Shown one piece after another: positions 15,336 to 24,250 of a stretch of 38,595 nucleotides of DNA. The stretch lies in the sequence record BK061477.1; one strand, written 5' to 3'. The notes below the pieces were generated by a model. That model did no database searches. It was not told the origin of the DNA and was given only the letters and a program-made list of their open reading frames with translations. The position numbers and the translations under genes are program-made. The first letter of the stretch is position 1. Each line of letters starts with the position of its first letter. The DNA is from Pseudomonas phage vB_PaeS-D14C.

Positions 15336-17027
15336 ATGACCCCCAGCGACATTGCGCGACAGTACGCTAGCGATGTCGTGAGTGGGGGTATCGTCGCGTG
15401 CCGGTATGTGAAGTTGGCATGCCAGCGCTTCCTGAATGACCTGGAACGGCAGGGCGATGACGATTGGCCGTACGTTTTCGACGAGGCCAAGGCAGATCGC
15501 GCCGTAAAGTTCATGCAGCTCATGCCTCACACCAAAGGCAAATGGAGCGCTTCGAAGTCGAAGTTGGTGTTCGAGCCCTGGCAGGTATTCATCGAGGCCA
15601 ACATCTTTGGCTGGGTGAAGAAGGACGCTGGCAAGCGCAGGTTCCGCGAGGCCTACGAAGAGGTTCCCAGGAAGAACGGGAAGTCGGCCCGCCTTGCCGC
15701 ACGAGGCATTTACCTATTCGCCGCAGATGGCGAGTCGGGAGCCGAGGTCTACTCCGGCGCCACCACCGAGAAGCAGGCCTTCGAGGTTTTCCGTCCGGCG
15801 TGGATGATGGCGCACAAGCTGGAGAACCTGCGTAACCGATTCGGTATCGAGCTTTCTGGCAACCAGAAGAACCCTGGCCCCATGTTCGTCATGGAGGACA
15901 TGTCGAAGTTCGAGACGGTGATCGGAAACCCAGGGGATGGTGCCAGCCCCCATGCGGCTCTGGTGGACGAGTACCACGAACACGACACAGACGCCTTGGT
16001 GGATACCATGCAGACAGGCATGGGGGCGCGGGAGCAGCCATTACTGTCGATCATTACGACGGCGGGGTCGAATCTCGGCGGCCCATGCTACGAGAAGCGC
16101 CGGGACGTGATCCGCATTCTCGAAGGCCAGACGATCGATGAGACGATCTTCGGGATCATCTACACGATCGACGACGATGATTCGTGGGATGACCCGGCCA
16201 GCCTGATCAAGGCCAATCCGAATTACGGAGTGTCGGTATTCCCTGACTTCCTCCTGGCCCAGCTCCAGCAGGCCAAGCGCTCGGCGTCAAAGCAGAACGC
16301 CTTCCGCACCAAGCACCTGAACCAATGGGTGGGCGCTCGGACGGTCTGGATGAACATGCTGGCCTGGCAGCGGCAGAAGCGCGACTTCACGATTGCGGAC
16401 ATGGCCGGCTGCCGCTGCTGGATGGCTTTGGACCTTGCCAGCAAGAAAGACGTGGCTGCCCTGGTAATGCTGTTCGAGAAAGCTGGTCAGTTCTACTGCA
16501 TTCCGCGCTTCTACGCTCCAGAGGCCGCCGCTGAGGAAAACGAGAAGTATCAGAACTTCGCGCTTGAGGGTCATCTGACCCTGACGCCAGGGAGCATGAC
16601 GGACTACGCATTCATCGAGGCAGACATCCTTGATCTGGCAAAACAGATCGACCTGCAGGATGCCGCCTTCGACGACTGGCAGGCCAACTACCTGATTACA
16701 CGCCTCTCGAACACCTCAATCCCGGTCGTGGACTTCAACCAGACGGTCAAGAACATGAGCGACCCGATGAAGGAGGTGGAGGCGAGGGTGATAGCGCGGA
16801 CGCTCTGGCATGACGGAAACCCAGTCATGACCTGGATGATGGGAAATGTGGCGGCAAAGATCGATGCCAAGGAAAACATCTACCCACGCAAGGAAAACGA
16901 CAACGACCCCAACTGCAAGATCGACGGTCCAGTGACCTTGATCATGGCTATGGGGCGCGCCCTGGTTGCCGGCGTTGATGACGGCGACGACTTCATGAAC
17001 GCCATACGGAACCCGATCATCGCATGA
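15336..17027 (+). CDS. terL: Terminase large subunit (Terminase_1/HK97-like), 563 aa.
   Basis: ATPase motifs, a nuclease C-domain and HK97-like order. Confidence 0.9.
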   Translation: MTPSDIARQYASDVVSGGIVACRYVKLACQRFLNDLERQGDDDWPYVFDEAKADRAVKFMQLMPHTKGKWSASKSKLVFEPWQVFIEANIFGWVKKDAGKRRFREAYEEVPRKNGKSARLAARGIYLFAADGESGAEVYSGATTEKQAFEVFRPAWMMAHKLENLRNRFGIELSGNQKNPGPMFVMEDMSKFETVIGNPGDGASPHAALVDEYHEHDTDALVDTMQTGMGAREQPLLSIITTAGSNLGGPCYEKRRDVIRILEGQTIDETIFGIIYTIDDDDSWDDPASLIKANPNYGVSVFPDFLLAQLQQAKRSASKQNAFRTKHLNQWVGARTVWMNMLAWQRQKRDFTIADMAGCRCWMALDLASKKDVAALVMLFEKAGQFYCIPRFYAPEAAAEENEKYQNFALEGHLTLTPGSMTDYAFIEADILDLAKQIDLQDAAFDDWQANYLITRLSNTSIPVVDFNQTVKNMSDPMKEVEARVIARTLWHDGNPVMTWMMGNVAAKIDAKENIYPRKENDNDPNCKIDGPVTLIMAMGRALVAGVDDGDDFMNAIRNPIIA

Positions 17028-17188
17028 ACATCGCTACTGGCCTCTACCTCTTCTTTGGCGTCCTTGGTCTGGCTCTTTTCGTAGCCGGAACCTTCGTGCT
17101 GCTGGGGTTCGGCTGGGCGCTCATTTCCGGTGCGGCGTCGGCGTTCGCCATAGCGGCGTTCATTCGCAAGGGGCTGACCAGTGAGTAA
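17024..17188 (+). CDS. Small two-TM membrane protein, 54 aa, between terL and portal.
   Basis: Hand-translated. ATGA overlap with the terL stop; overlaps the portal start by 8 nt. Confidence 0.3.
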   Translation: MNIATGLYLFFGVLGLALFVAGTFVLLGFGWALISGAASAFAIAAFIRKGLTSE

Positions 17189-18443
17189 GAGTCTCGGAAA
17201 AGTCCTGAGCAGTGCTACGTCTGCGCCCAGGTCCTCATTGTTCGGCTGGGGGGATAAGACCATCCGCCTGACAGATGGCGCGTTCTGGTCGCAGTTCCTG
17301 GGGCGAGAGTCGTCTAGCGGGAAAAAGGTCACTGTCGACAAGGCAATGAAGCTGTCTGCGGTATGGGCTTGCGTTCGCTTGATCTCTACTTCTGTCGCCG
17401 GTCTTCCGCTTGGAGTGTACGAGCGGAAAGCGGACGGAAGCAGAGTCGATGCTCGGTCGTTCCCGCTCTACGATGTTGTTCACAACAGCCCCAACGACGA
17501 CATGACGGCCTTCCAGTTCTGGCAGGCCATGGTCGCATCGATGCTGCTTTGGGGGAACGCATACGCGGAGATTCGCCGCGCTGCGGGCAGGCCGGCTGCA
17601 CTGGACTTCCTGCTTCCTTCGCGGGTAGACCTGGAGTGTGATGACAACGGTCGGCTGAAGTACTTCTATACGCCAAGGAAGGGTGCTCGTAGAGAGATCG
17701 AGCGCACAAACATGCTGCACATCCCGGCGTTCACGCTGGATGGTCGAATTGGTCTTTCTGCAATCCGGTACGGCGTTGATGTCTTCGGTTCGGTCATGTC
17801 GGCGGAGGATGCAGCCAACGGCACATTCAAAAACGGACTTCTACCCACGGTCGCCTTCAAGGTTGACCGCATTCTCCAGCCTGCGCAGCGGGAGGAGTTC
17901 AGGGAGTATGTGAAGTCCGTATCGGGCGCGATGAACTCCGGAAGATCCCCGGTTCTGGAGCAGGGGATTACCCCTGAAACCATCGGCATCAATCCGGTCG
18001 ATGCTCAGTTGCTGGAGACGCGAGAGCATGGCGTGATCGAGATTTGCAGATGGTTCGGGGTGCCGCCCTGGATGATTGGCCAGACCGACAAGGGGAGCAA
18101 CTGGGGGACAGGGCTTGAACAGCAGATGCTCGCGTTCCTGACATTCTCGATCAGTTCGATCACCAATCAGATTCAGCAGTGCGTCAATAAGCGACTGCTA
18201 ACTGCGCCCGAGCGGATTCGCTATTACGCCGAGTTCTCCCTTGAGGGGTTCCTGAAGGCTGATAGCGCTGGTCGCGCTGCCTGGTACAGCACCATGGCGC
18301 AAAACGGTTTCATGACCCGTAACGAAGGTCGGCGGAAAGAGAACCTTCCAGAACTCCCCGGCGGAGACATTCTCACCGTCCAATCCAACCTGGTCCCCCT
18401 CGATCAACTGGGGGGGGCAACGAAAGAAAGCTCTCCGCCGTAG
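17181..18443 (+). CDS. Portal protein (HK97 family), 420 aa.
   Basis: Position after terL, size and HK97-portal-like sequence. Confidence 0.9.
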   Translation: MSKSLGKVLSSATSAPRSSLFGWGDKTIRLTDGAFWSQFLGRESSSGKKVTVDKAMKLSAVWACVRLISTSVAGLPLGVYERKADGSRVDARSFPLYDVVHNSPNDDMTAFQFWQAMVASMLLWGNAYAEIRRAAGRPAALDFLLPSRVDLECDDNGRLKYFYTPRKGARREIERTNMLHIPAFTLDGRIGLSAIRYGVDVFGSVMSAEDAANGTFKNGLLPTVAFKVDRILQPAQREEFREYVKSVSGAMNSGRSPVLEQGITPETIGINPVDAQLLETREHGVIEICRWFGVPPWMIGQTDKGSNWGTGLEQQMLAFLTFSISSITNQIQQCVNKRLLTAPERIRYYAEFSLEGFLKADSAGRAAWYSTMAQNGFMTRNEGRRKENLPELPGGDILTVQSNLVPLDQLGGATKESSPP

Positions 18444-18574
18444 AGGCGGTTCAAAAGGCCTACCTCGGCGTTGGGAAGATGATCACCGCCGACGAGGCGC
18501 GGCAGCTCGTAAATCAGCATGGTGCAGGACTGAAAGTTCCTGGGCCCGACTTCGAAGAAACACAGGAGTAACCC

Positions 18575-19465
18575 ATGACTCTGCGAAATCTTCCGGCAGC
18601 GCCGGAGGCTCGCCCGCGCTCGGGCGTCCAGTGCGACCTGGCGCCCAAAGCGCTAGATGCATGGCGTCCTGAGCTTCGAGCAGCTTCTGGCGATAACCCG
18701 GACTCCACGATCACCATCTACGAGCCGATTGGCTACGACTGGTGGACCGGTGAAGGTGTCACGGCAAAACGCATTGCTGGCGCTCTGCGCGCCATAGGCA
18801 GCGATGTCGATGTGACCGTGAATATCAACAGCCCCGGCGGCGATGTGTTCGAAGGCCTGGCCATTTACAACCTGCTGCGCGAGCACAAGGGCAAGGTCAC
18901 GGTGAACATCATCGGCCTGGCCGCCTCTGCCGCATCTTTCATCGCCATGGCGGGGGATGAAATCCGCATCGGCCGCGCCGCCTTCCTGATGATCCATAAC
19001 GCCTGGCTGATCGCCATGGGTAATCGGAATGATCTCCGGGAGATAGCCGATTGGCTGGAGCCATTCGACATGACGCTGGCTGACATTTACGCACAGCGCA
19101 CGGGAATCGACATCGACGACATCGTGAAGCAGATGGACGCCGAGACCTGGATCGGTGGGCGCGAAGCCGTCGACAAGGGGTGGGCAGATGCCTTCCTGGA
19201 GTCCGACGAGATCTCCAGCGCTCCCAGCAACCGCAGCGAAGCCATCCTGGCCAAGCGCCGAATGGATGCCGCCCTGGCTCGCAGCGGCATGCCGCGAAGC
19301 CAGCGCAATGAACTCATCAACGACTTCAAGACCAGCATGCTTGGCGCTGCTGGCGGGGGTGGTGACACCCCGACCGATATGCCTGGCGCTGTCGCTCCTG
19401 ACCTCTCCGCTGCACTACGGGCAGCACAAGACATCACCAAATTCCTCCAAGGAGAACCGCAATGA
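18575..19465 (+). CDS. Prohead protease (ClpP/S49-like, HK97 gp4-like), 296 aa.
   Basis: NINSPGGDVFEGLAIYNLL...AASAASFIAMAGDE is a ClpP-fold serine protease motif. AGGAG lies 6 nt upstream. Confidence 0.85.
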   Translation: MTLRNLPAAPEARPRSGVQCDLAPKALDAWRPELRAASGDNPDSTITIYEPIGYDWWTGEGVTAKRIAGALRAIGSDVDVTVNINSPGGDVFEGLAIYNLLREHKGKVTVNIIGLAASAASFIAMAGDEIRIGRAAFLMIHNAWLIAMGNRNDLREIADWLEPFDMTLADIYAQRTGIDIDDIVKQMDAETWIGGREAVDKGWADAFLESDEISSAPSNRSEAILAKRRMDAALARSGMPRSQRNELINDFKTSMLGAAGGGGDTPTDMPGAVAPDLSAALRAAQDITKFLQGEPQ

Positions 19466-20649
19466 GCGACTTCGAAAAACAAATCGGCGAACTGAACGCC
19501 AGCCTCAAGCAGGTCGGGGACCAAATCAAGTCCCAGGCCGAACAGGTAAACACCCAAATCGCCAATTTCGGCGAAATGAACAAGGAAACCCGCGCCAAGG
19601 TCGACGAACTGCTGACTGCCCAGGGCGAACTGCAAGCACGACTGAGCGCCGCGGAACAAGCCATGCTGGCCAACGAGAAGCGTGACGGCGGCGAGGAAGC
19701 ACCGAAGACCGCCGGCCAAATGTTCGCAGAGAGCCTGAAAGAGCAGGGTGTAACCAGCTCCCTGCGCGGCTCGCATCGCGTATCCATGCCGCGCTCGGCC
19801 ATCACCTCCATCGACGGCTCTGGCGGCGCCCTGGTGGCTCCTGATCGTCGCCCCGGTGTCGTTGCCGCTCCGCAGCGTCGACTGACCATCCGCGACCTGG
19901 TTGCGCCTGGCACCACTGAGTCGAACTCCGTCGAGTACGTCCGCGAGACCGGCTTCGTCAACAATGCCGCTCCTGTTTCGGAAAACACCCAGAAGCCGTA
20001 CTCCGACCTCAGCTTCGAGCTGGAAAACGCGCCGGTTCGCACCATTGCGCACCTGTTCAAGGCAAGTCGCCAGATCCTGGACGACGCATCGGCCTTGCAG
20101 AGCTACATCGATGCGCGTGCTCGTTACGGCCTGATGCTGGTCGAAGAAGGTCAACTGCTCTACGGGAACGGGACCGGCGCCAACCTGCACGGCATCATTC
20201 CGCAGGCACAGGCCTACGCGCCGCCGAGTGGCGTAGTGGTAACCGCCGAGCAGCGAATCGATCGCATCCGCTTGGCGATCCTTCAGGCGCAACTGGCCGA
20301 GTTCCCGGCCAGCGGTATCGTGCTCAACCCCATCGACTGGGCGCTGATCGAGCTGACCAAGGACGCCGAGAACCGCTACATCATCGGCAGCCCGCAGAAC
20401 GGCACCACTCCGACCCTCTGGCGTCTGCCGGTGGTGGAAACCCAGGCCATCACTCAGGACGAGTTCCTGACCGGTGCGTTCTCTCTCGGCGCCCAGATCT
20501 TCGACCGCATGGACATCGAGGTTCTGGTTTCCACCGAGAACGACAAGGACTTCGAGAACAACATGGTCACCATCCGCGCCGAAGAGCGACTGGCCTTCGC
20601 GGTCTATCGCCCCGAAGCGTTCGTCACTGGCTCGCTGACCGCCAGCTGA
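19462..20649 (+). CDS. Major capsid protein, HK97 family, with an N-terminal delta (scaffolding) domain, 395 aa.
   Basis: Coiled-coil N-terminus, HK97-fold C-terminal region, and overlap with the protease stop. Confidence 0.9.
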   Translation: MSDFEKQIGELNASLKQVGDQIKSQAEQVNTQIANFGEMNKETRAKVDELLTAQGELQARLSAAEQAMLANEKRDGGEEAPKTAGQMFAESLKEQGVTSSLRGSHRVSMPRSAITSIDGSGGALVAPDRRPGVVAAPQRRLTIRDLVAPGTTESNSVEYVRETGFVNNAAPVSENTQKPYSDLSFELENAPVRTIAHLFKASRQILDDASALQSYIDARARYGLMLVEEGQLLYGNGTGANLHGIIPQAQAYAPPSGVVVTAEQRIDRIRLAILQAQLAEFPASGIVLNPIDWALIELTKDAENRYIIGSPQNGTTPTLWRLPVVETQAITQDEFLTGAFSLGAQIFDRMDIEVLVSTENDKDFENNMVTIRAEERLAFAVYRPEAFVTGSLTAS

Positions 20650-20655
20650 CTGGAA

Positions 20656-20684
20656 GGGGCCGGGAGACCGGCCCCTCTTTCTTT
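20656..20684 (+). terminator. Rho-independent terminator after the capsid gene (ggggccgg gaga ccggcccc tctttctttg).
   Basis: Perfect 8-bp GC stem plus T-rich tail. Confidence 0.6.
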
Positions 20685-20693
20685 GAGGTGGTT

Positions 20694-20981
20694 ATGCCTG
20701 ACGTAATGATCAAGCCAATTCGCTCATACCTGGACGGCGGTCGCGTGAGAAAGGCTGGTGGTGATGCATACCTTGCATCCGAGCATCTGGCTCGCCAGTT
20801 GGCGGCGCGCGGTCTTTGCCAGATTGTGGAATCAGAGATCCCAAAGCCTGTGGCTGGCGAGTCGCTGTCTGCCTCGCAAGTGGCCCCAGCCTCACAGCAG
20901 AAGACTGCGAACGAGTCAGAGAATGGCGGGACTCCTCGCCGCAGAGGGCGGCCATCTGCACGAACACAACGTTCCGACTGA
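20694..20981 (+). CDS. ORF with a good start (GAGGTGG RBS, ATG); probably the true 5' part of the MptE/DUF115-like gene, then disrupted by a frameshift.
   Basis: The N-terminal 40 aa look protein-like; the C-terminal part is low-complexity. It overlaps the next ORF by 166 nt in another frame. Confidence 0.35.
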   Translation: MPDVMIKPIRSYLDGGRVRKAGGDAYLASEHLARQLAARGLCQIVESEIPKPVAGESLSASQVAPASQQKTANESENGGTPRRRGRPSARTQRSD

Positions 20982-21412
20982 CCCCATGGGCTGATGCACT
21001 GTGGGCAATGGATAAGGCCTGGTGGGAGAGATACGCCGCCGAGGCTAAAGCAAACTTCTGTGGTGAGCTTCTGACACTGAGCGCCAATCCCTTCGGAATA
21101 AAGACGGCGCGCATCGAGCACTACAGGAACTCAGGCGGCGGCGCAGTTTCCTTGGCCATCGCCAGGGGTGCTAAACGCATCATCCTGCTGGGCTATGACA
21201 TGCAGAAAACCAATGGGCAATCGCACTGGCACGGCGACCACCCGAAGGGGCTTGGGAGCGCCGGCAAGATCGCGGAGTGGCCGTCCGAGTTCGAGCGCCT
21301 GAAGCGCAACAACCCGACAATCGAGATCATCAATTGCACTCGCGAAACAGCGCTGACCTGCTTCGCTCGACGCCCGCTGGAGGAAGTGCTGAATGAGCAT
21401 GATCCCGCTTGA
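20816..21412 (+). pseudogene. MptE-like / DUF115 (Maf-like, putative glycosyl or nucleotidyl transferase) reading frame with no ATG start; likely frameshifted continuation of 20694.
   Basis: Motifs VAVCLASGPSL, AAICTNTTF, ADALWAMDKAWW and GGGAVSLAIARGAKRIILLGYDM...GQSHWHG match the DUF115 pattern as recalled. The frame is open from 20765 and the only start before the GPSL motif is TTG with no RBS. Confidence 0.45.
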
Positions 21413-21713
21413 TACAGCAAAGTCCTTCCTTGATGTGATCCATGACTGGGATGACACCAAGCTCCAATTGCTGCTGGACGGGGCCGAAGACGAGGCCTGC
21501 CAATTCATGTGGCGCGAGTCTCTTGATGGCCTTTGCAACTGCGAAGAGAGCAGCGAGGTGGTCAGCAGCGAGCCAGGCATTCCGCCTAGCGTGGTCATCG
21601 GAGTGCTTCTTTTGCTTCAGGCCAGCTATCAGGCTGCTCCCGATGAAATCGCAACGCTGCGCAAGGCGGCCGAGGTGAAGCTGATGCCGTACCGATGCGG
21701 CTTGGGGGTTTGA
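21393..21713 (+). CDS. Head-tail connector protein (gp6-like, Phage_connect_1), 106 aa.
   Basis: LDTAKSFLDVIHDWDDTKLQLLLDGAEDEACQFM follows the gp6-like consensus. Confidence 0.6.
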   Translation: MSMIPLDTAKSFLDVIHDWDDTKLQLLLDGAEDEACQFMWRESLDGLCNCEESSEVVSSEPGIPPSVVIGVLLLLQASYQAAPDEIATLRKAAEVKLMPYRCGLGV

Positions 21714-22070
21714 ATGCTGGCCTACCGTATGCGCCACCGCATTCAGTTCCAGCGGCAGGTCCACGAACAAGACCCCGACACGGGAGAAGTGACAACGACC
21801 TGGGAGGCAGTTCTGTTTTCCGGTCGCCTTGATGTCCCCGCAGAGGTACTGACCGGGCCTGGTCGTGAATTGATTGCCGCCGATGCGCCACAGGCCGAGA
21901 CCACTGCTCGCATCAATTGCCGGTGGTTTCCGGTTGATCGCTTGGAGCTCTACACCTGGCGGGTCATCTGGGATGGCCGAGTCTACAACATCACCAGCGC
22001 AGAGACCGATGTCACCGCTCGCCGTGAGTGGCGTCTGCGCTGTTCTGATGGATTGACGGACGGCCGGTAA
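21714..22070 (+). CDS. Head closure / head-tail joining protein (gp7/SPP1 gp16-like), 118 aa.
   Basis: The C-terminal WRVIWDGRVYNITSAE...REWRLRCS pattern is typical of Phage_H_T_join. Confidence 0.6.
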   Translation: MLAYRMRHRIQFQRQVHEQDPDTGEVTTTWEAVLFSGRLDVPAEVLTGPGRELIAADAPQAETTARINCRWFPVDRLELYTWRVIWDGRVYNITSAETDVTARREWRLRCSDGLTDGR

Positions 22071-22275
22071 CTATTTGGCCCGAAAGGGCGCTCAACACGC
22101 AGCTAGGCCCGTACAGCCGAACGGCGGATGTCCGCTCATCCGTCCGCCCCGCTGCGTCTCTACTCGGCCGCCAGGCCAATCAAATAAGCAGGCTAGGTTC
22201 GCTACCGAAAAGGGTCGGTCCGCTCCGCCTACGCCCCTGCCTGCTTACCTATTCCAGGCGGAAGGAGCTATATCC

Positions 22276-22998
22276 ATGACCGATGTTATTCAGCTTGTTC
22301 ACTCCGCCGGCGAGGCGCGCGTCGATAGTCGCGTGATTGCCGAGCAACTAGGGGTTAAGCACAAGCACAGCTTTGCCCTTGTCACGCGCTATCAGCGGAA
22401 GTTTGAGGAACTTGGCCAACTGCCGTTTCAAAAGGAAGTTGGTCGGCGGGCCCAAGGCGGCGGCAGGGCTGAGCGTTTCGCATTGCTGAATGAAGATCAG
22501 GCGTACTTTCTCCTGAGCCTTTCCCGGAATAGCGACCTGGTGGTCGACCTCAAGCTCCGGCTGGTGAAGGCTTTCCGCGACGCCCGTAATCAAGCCGGCC
22601 TGGACAGCGTGATGGGTATGATCCTGCTGACGGCTCCTGCTCCATGGGAGAAGCGCTTCGGCGATGACTACTACCGTGCTCTGGCCAGGATCACCGGCAC
22701 CGTTTTCGAAGGTCATGCCAAGGGAACGCCGGCTATCTATGGCCAGATCACCGACCGCTGGATTTACGCCGCCATCCTGCCGAAGGAGGTGCATGCCGAG
22801 CTAAAGGCTCGCCGCGGTGAAAGCGAAAGGATGCACCAGTGGCTGACCGATGGAGGCCGTGATCGGCTCGACCAGCAAATCCGCATGGTCACGCTGATCG
22901 CGGATAGTTCGATTGACCGCAAAGACTTCGAAGCTAGGTGCATGCAGGCATTCGGGCTGCCGGGCCAGCTCCGCCTGATCTATCCGCAAGCCGCCTAA
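22276..22998 (+). CDS. Rha-family regulatory protein with a C-terminal P63C-like domain, 240 aa. A moron inside the structural module.
   Basis: The N-terminus LVHSAGEARVDSRVIAEQLGVKHKHSFALVTRYQ is Rha-like. GGAAGGAGC lies upstream of the ATG at 22276, after a 205-bp non-coding leader. Confidence 0.65.
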   Translation: MTDVIQLVHSAGEARVDSRVIAEQLGVKHKHSFALVTRYQRKFEELGQLPFQKEVGRRAQGGGRAERFALLNEDQAYFLLSLSRNSDLVVDLKLRLVKAFRDARNQAGLDSVMGMILLTAPAPWEKRFGDDYYRALARITGTVFEGHAKGTPAIYGQITDRWIYAAILPKEVHAELKARRGESERMHQWLTDGGRDRLDQQIRMVTLIADSSIDRKDFEARCMQAFGLPGQLRLIYPQAA

Positions 22999-23017
22999 CC
23001 CCGCCCTGACGAACGAA

Positions 23018-23049
23018 AGCCCGCCTTGAGCGGGCTTCGTCGTTTCTGG
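23018..23049 (+). terminator. Rho-independent terminator after the Rha-like gene (agcccgc cttga gcgggct tcgtcgtttct).
   Basis: Read directly. Confidence 0.5.
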
Positions 23050-23059
23050 AGATCATGAA

Positions 23060-23419
23060 ATGACCGACGAAGCAATCGAACAAGAAATCCAAGCCAAGGG
23101 CCTGACTGCGCCACGCATCACGCCGGCAGACATCGAGGCGAATATCGCTGGCGAGTACTACTTCACTGCGGCTGATGGTGTGAATCAGAGGCCTGACTGC
23201 AATCCTGACGCCGTGGTTGCGGGCGTACATGGATCGCTCGGCCTGCTGACCTTCTGCGTACTGGTACTGAAGAACGGCTTCACCGTCACCGGCGAGTCGG
23301 CCTGTGCGAGCCCGGCGAACTTCGACGCGGAGATCGGCCGGAAAATCTCCCGGCAGAATGCCGTCTCCAAAATCTGGCCACTGATGGGCTACGAACTGCG
23401 TAGCAGACTGGCTGACTGA
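23060..23419 (+). CDS. Gp49-like protein (Phage_gp49_66 family), 119 aa.
   Basis: LKNGFTVTGESACASPANFDAEIGRKISRQNAVSKIWPLMGYEL matches the N4 gp49 / Sf6 gp66 family as recalled. Confidence 0.6.
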   Translation: MTDEAIEQEIQAKGLTAPRITPADIEANIAGEYYFTAADGVNQRPDCNPDAVVAGVHGSLGLLTFCVLVLKNGFTVTGESACASPANFDAEIGRKISRQNAVSKIWPLMGYELRSRLAD

Positions 23420-23422
23420 TCC

Positions 23423-24250
23423 ATGCTGATCCGTGGAATGCTCGGCCTCGGCGACTCGATCTATTCCAGGGCATTCCTGAGGAAGTACCCAGGCGCATTC
23501 CTCGAAACACCCTGGCCAGAGCTTTACCTCGACCTCGACGTGAAGTGCGTTCGCCCGGCGACGCAGTTGAGAACCCAGGCCAAGAACATCCAGCGCGAGC
23601 ACGACTGGCACCGCCCTGTCGGCGGCGGCCAAATGCGCATCGCCTACGGCCGAGACCCGATCATTCAGGGGCTGCGCAAGGCGTTCCGTTGCGAACCCGG
23701 CGAGTTCGACCTGCCGGACTTTGGTCCTCCGCCAGTCGATGGGCGCTATGTGCTGGTTCGCCCAGCCACGGTTCGCGCTGAGTGGCGCGCAGACACGCGC
23801 AACCCACTGCCTGAGTACATCGCCAGCGCTGCCTCAGAGATGCGCCGCAGGGGCTGGAAAGTGGTTTCCGTTGCGGACTTGGAGCCGGGCAAGGAATGGG
23901 CCATCGATCCACTCCCGCCGGCAGACATCCAGTTCCACAAGGGCGAACTGCCGGTTGAACAACTGCTGGCGCTGCTCCAGCACGCAGATGCCGTGATTGG
24001 CGGCATAGGCTGGATTGTTCCGGCCAGCATCGCCGCCAAGGTTCCGGCCTGGATCATCTGCGGCGGTCAGGGCGGATACAACTCGCCGGAGCACATCACC
24101 GACAAATGCATGGACCTGTCCCGCATCACCTTCGCGGTTCCTGACAGGTTCTGCCGCTGCACCATGAAACAGCACACTTGTGACAAAAGGATCGCCGATC
24201 ATGACGCACGCTTTGCCGCCTGGGCTGACCGACTGCCTGCTCTGGTCTGA
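23423..24250 (+). CDS. GT-B glycosyltransferase, family 9 (heptosyltransferase)-like, 275 aa.
   Basis: N-terminal GLGDSI resembles the GT9 ALGDV motif. C-terminal VIGGIGWIVPASIAAKVPAWIICGG resembles the GT9 DTGxxHLAAAxGxPxVxLFGP region. Call is low-confidence. Confidence 0.45.
   Translation: MLIRGMLGLGDSIYSRAFLRKYPGAFLETPWPELYLDLDVKCVRPATQLRTQAKNIQREHDWHRPVGGGQMRIAYGRDPIIQGLRKAFRCEPGEFDLPDFGPPPVDGRYVLVRPATVRAEWRADTRNPLPEYIASAASEMRRRGWKVVSVADLEPGKEWAIDPLPPADIQFHKGELPVEQLLALLQHADAVIGGIGWIVPASIAAKVPAWIICGGQGGYNSPEHITDKCMDLSRITFAVPDRFCRCTMKQHTCDKRIADHDARFAAWADRLPALV

Noticed and set aside
17235-17720. 161-aa minus-strand ORF and neighbours inside the portal gene
   Set aside because: Antisense to a well-supported portal gene.
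19087-20292. 401-aa minus-strand ORF
   Set aside because: Antisense to the HK97 major capsid gene, with arginine-rich artefact composition.
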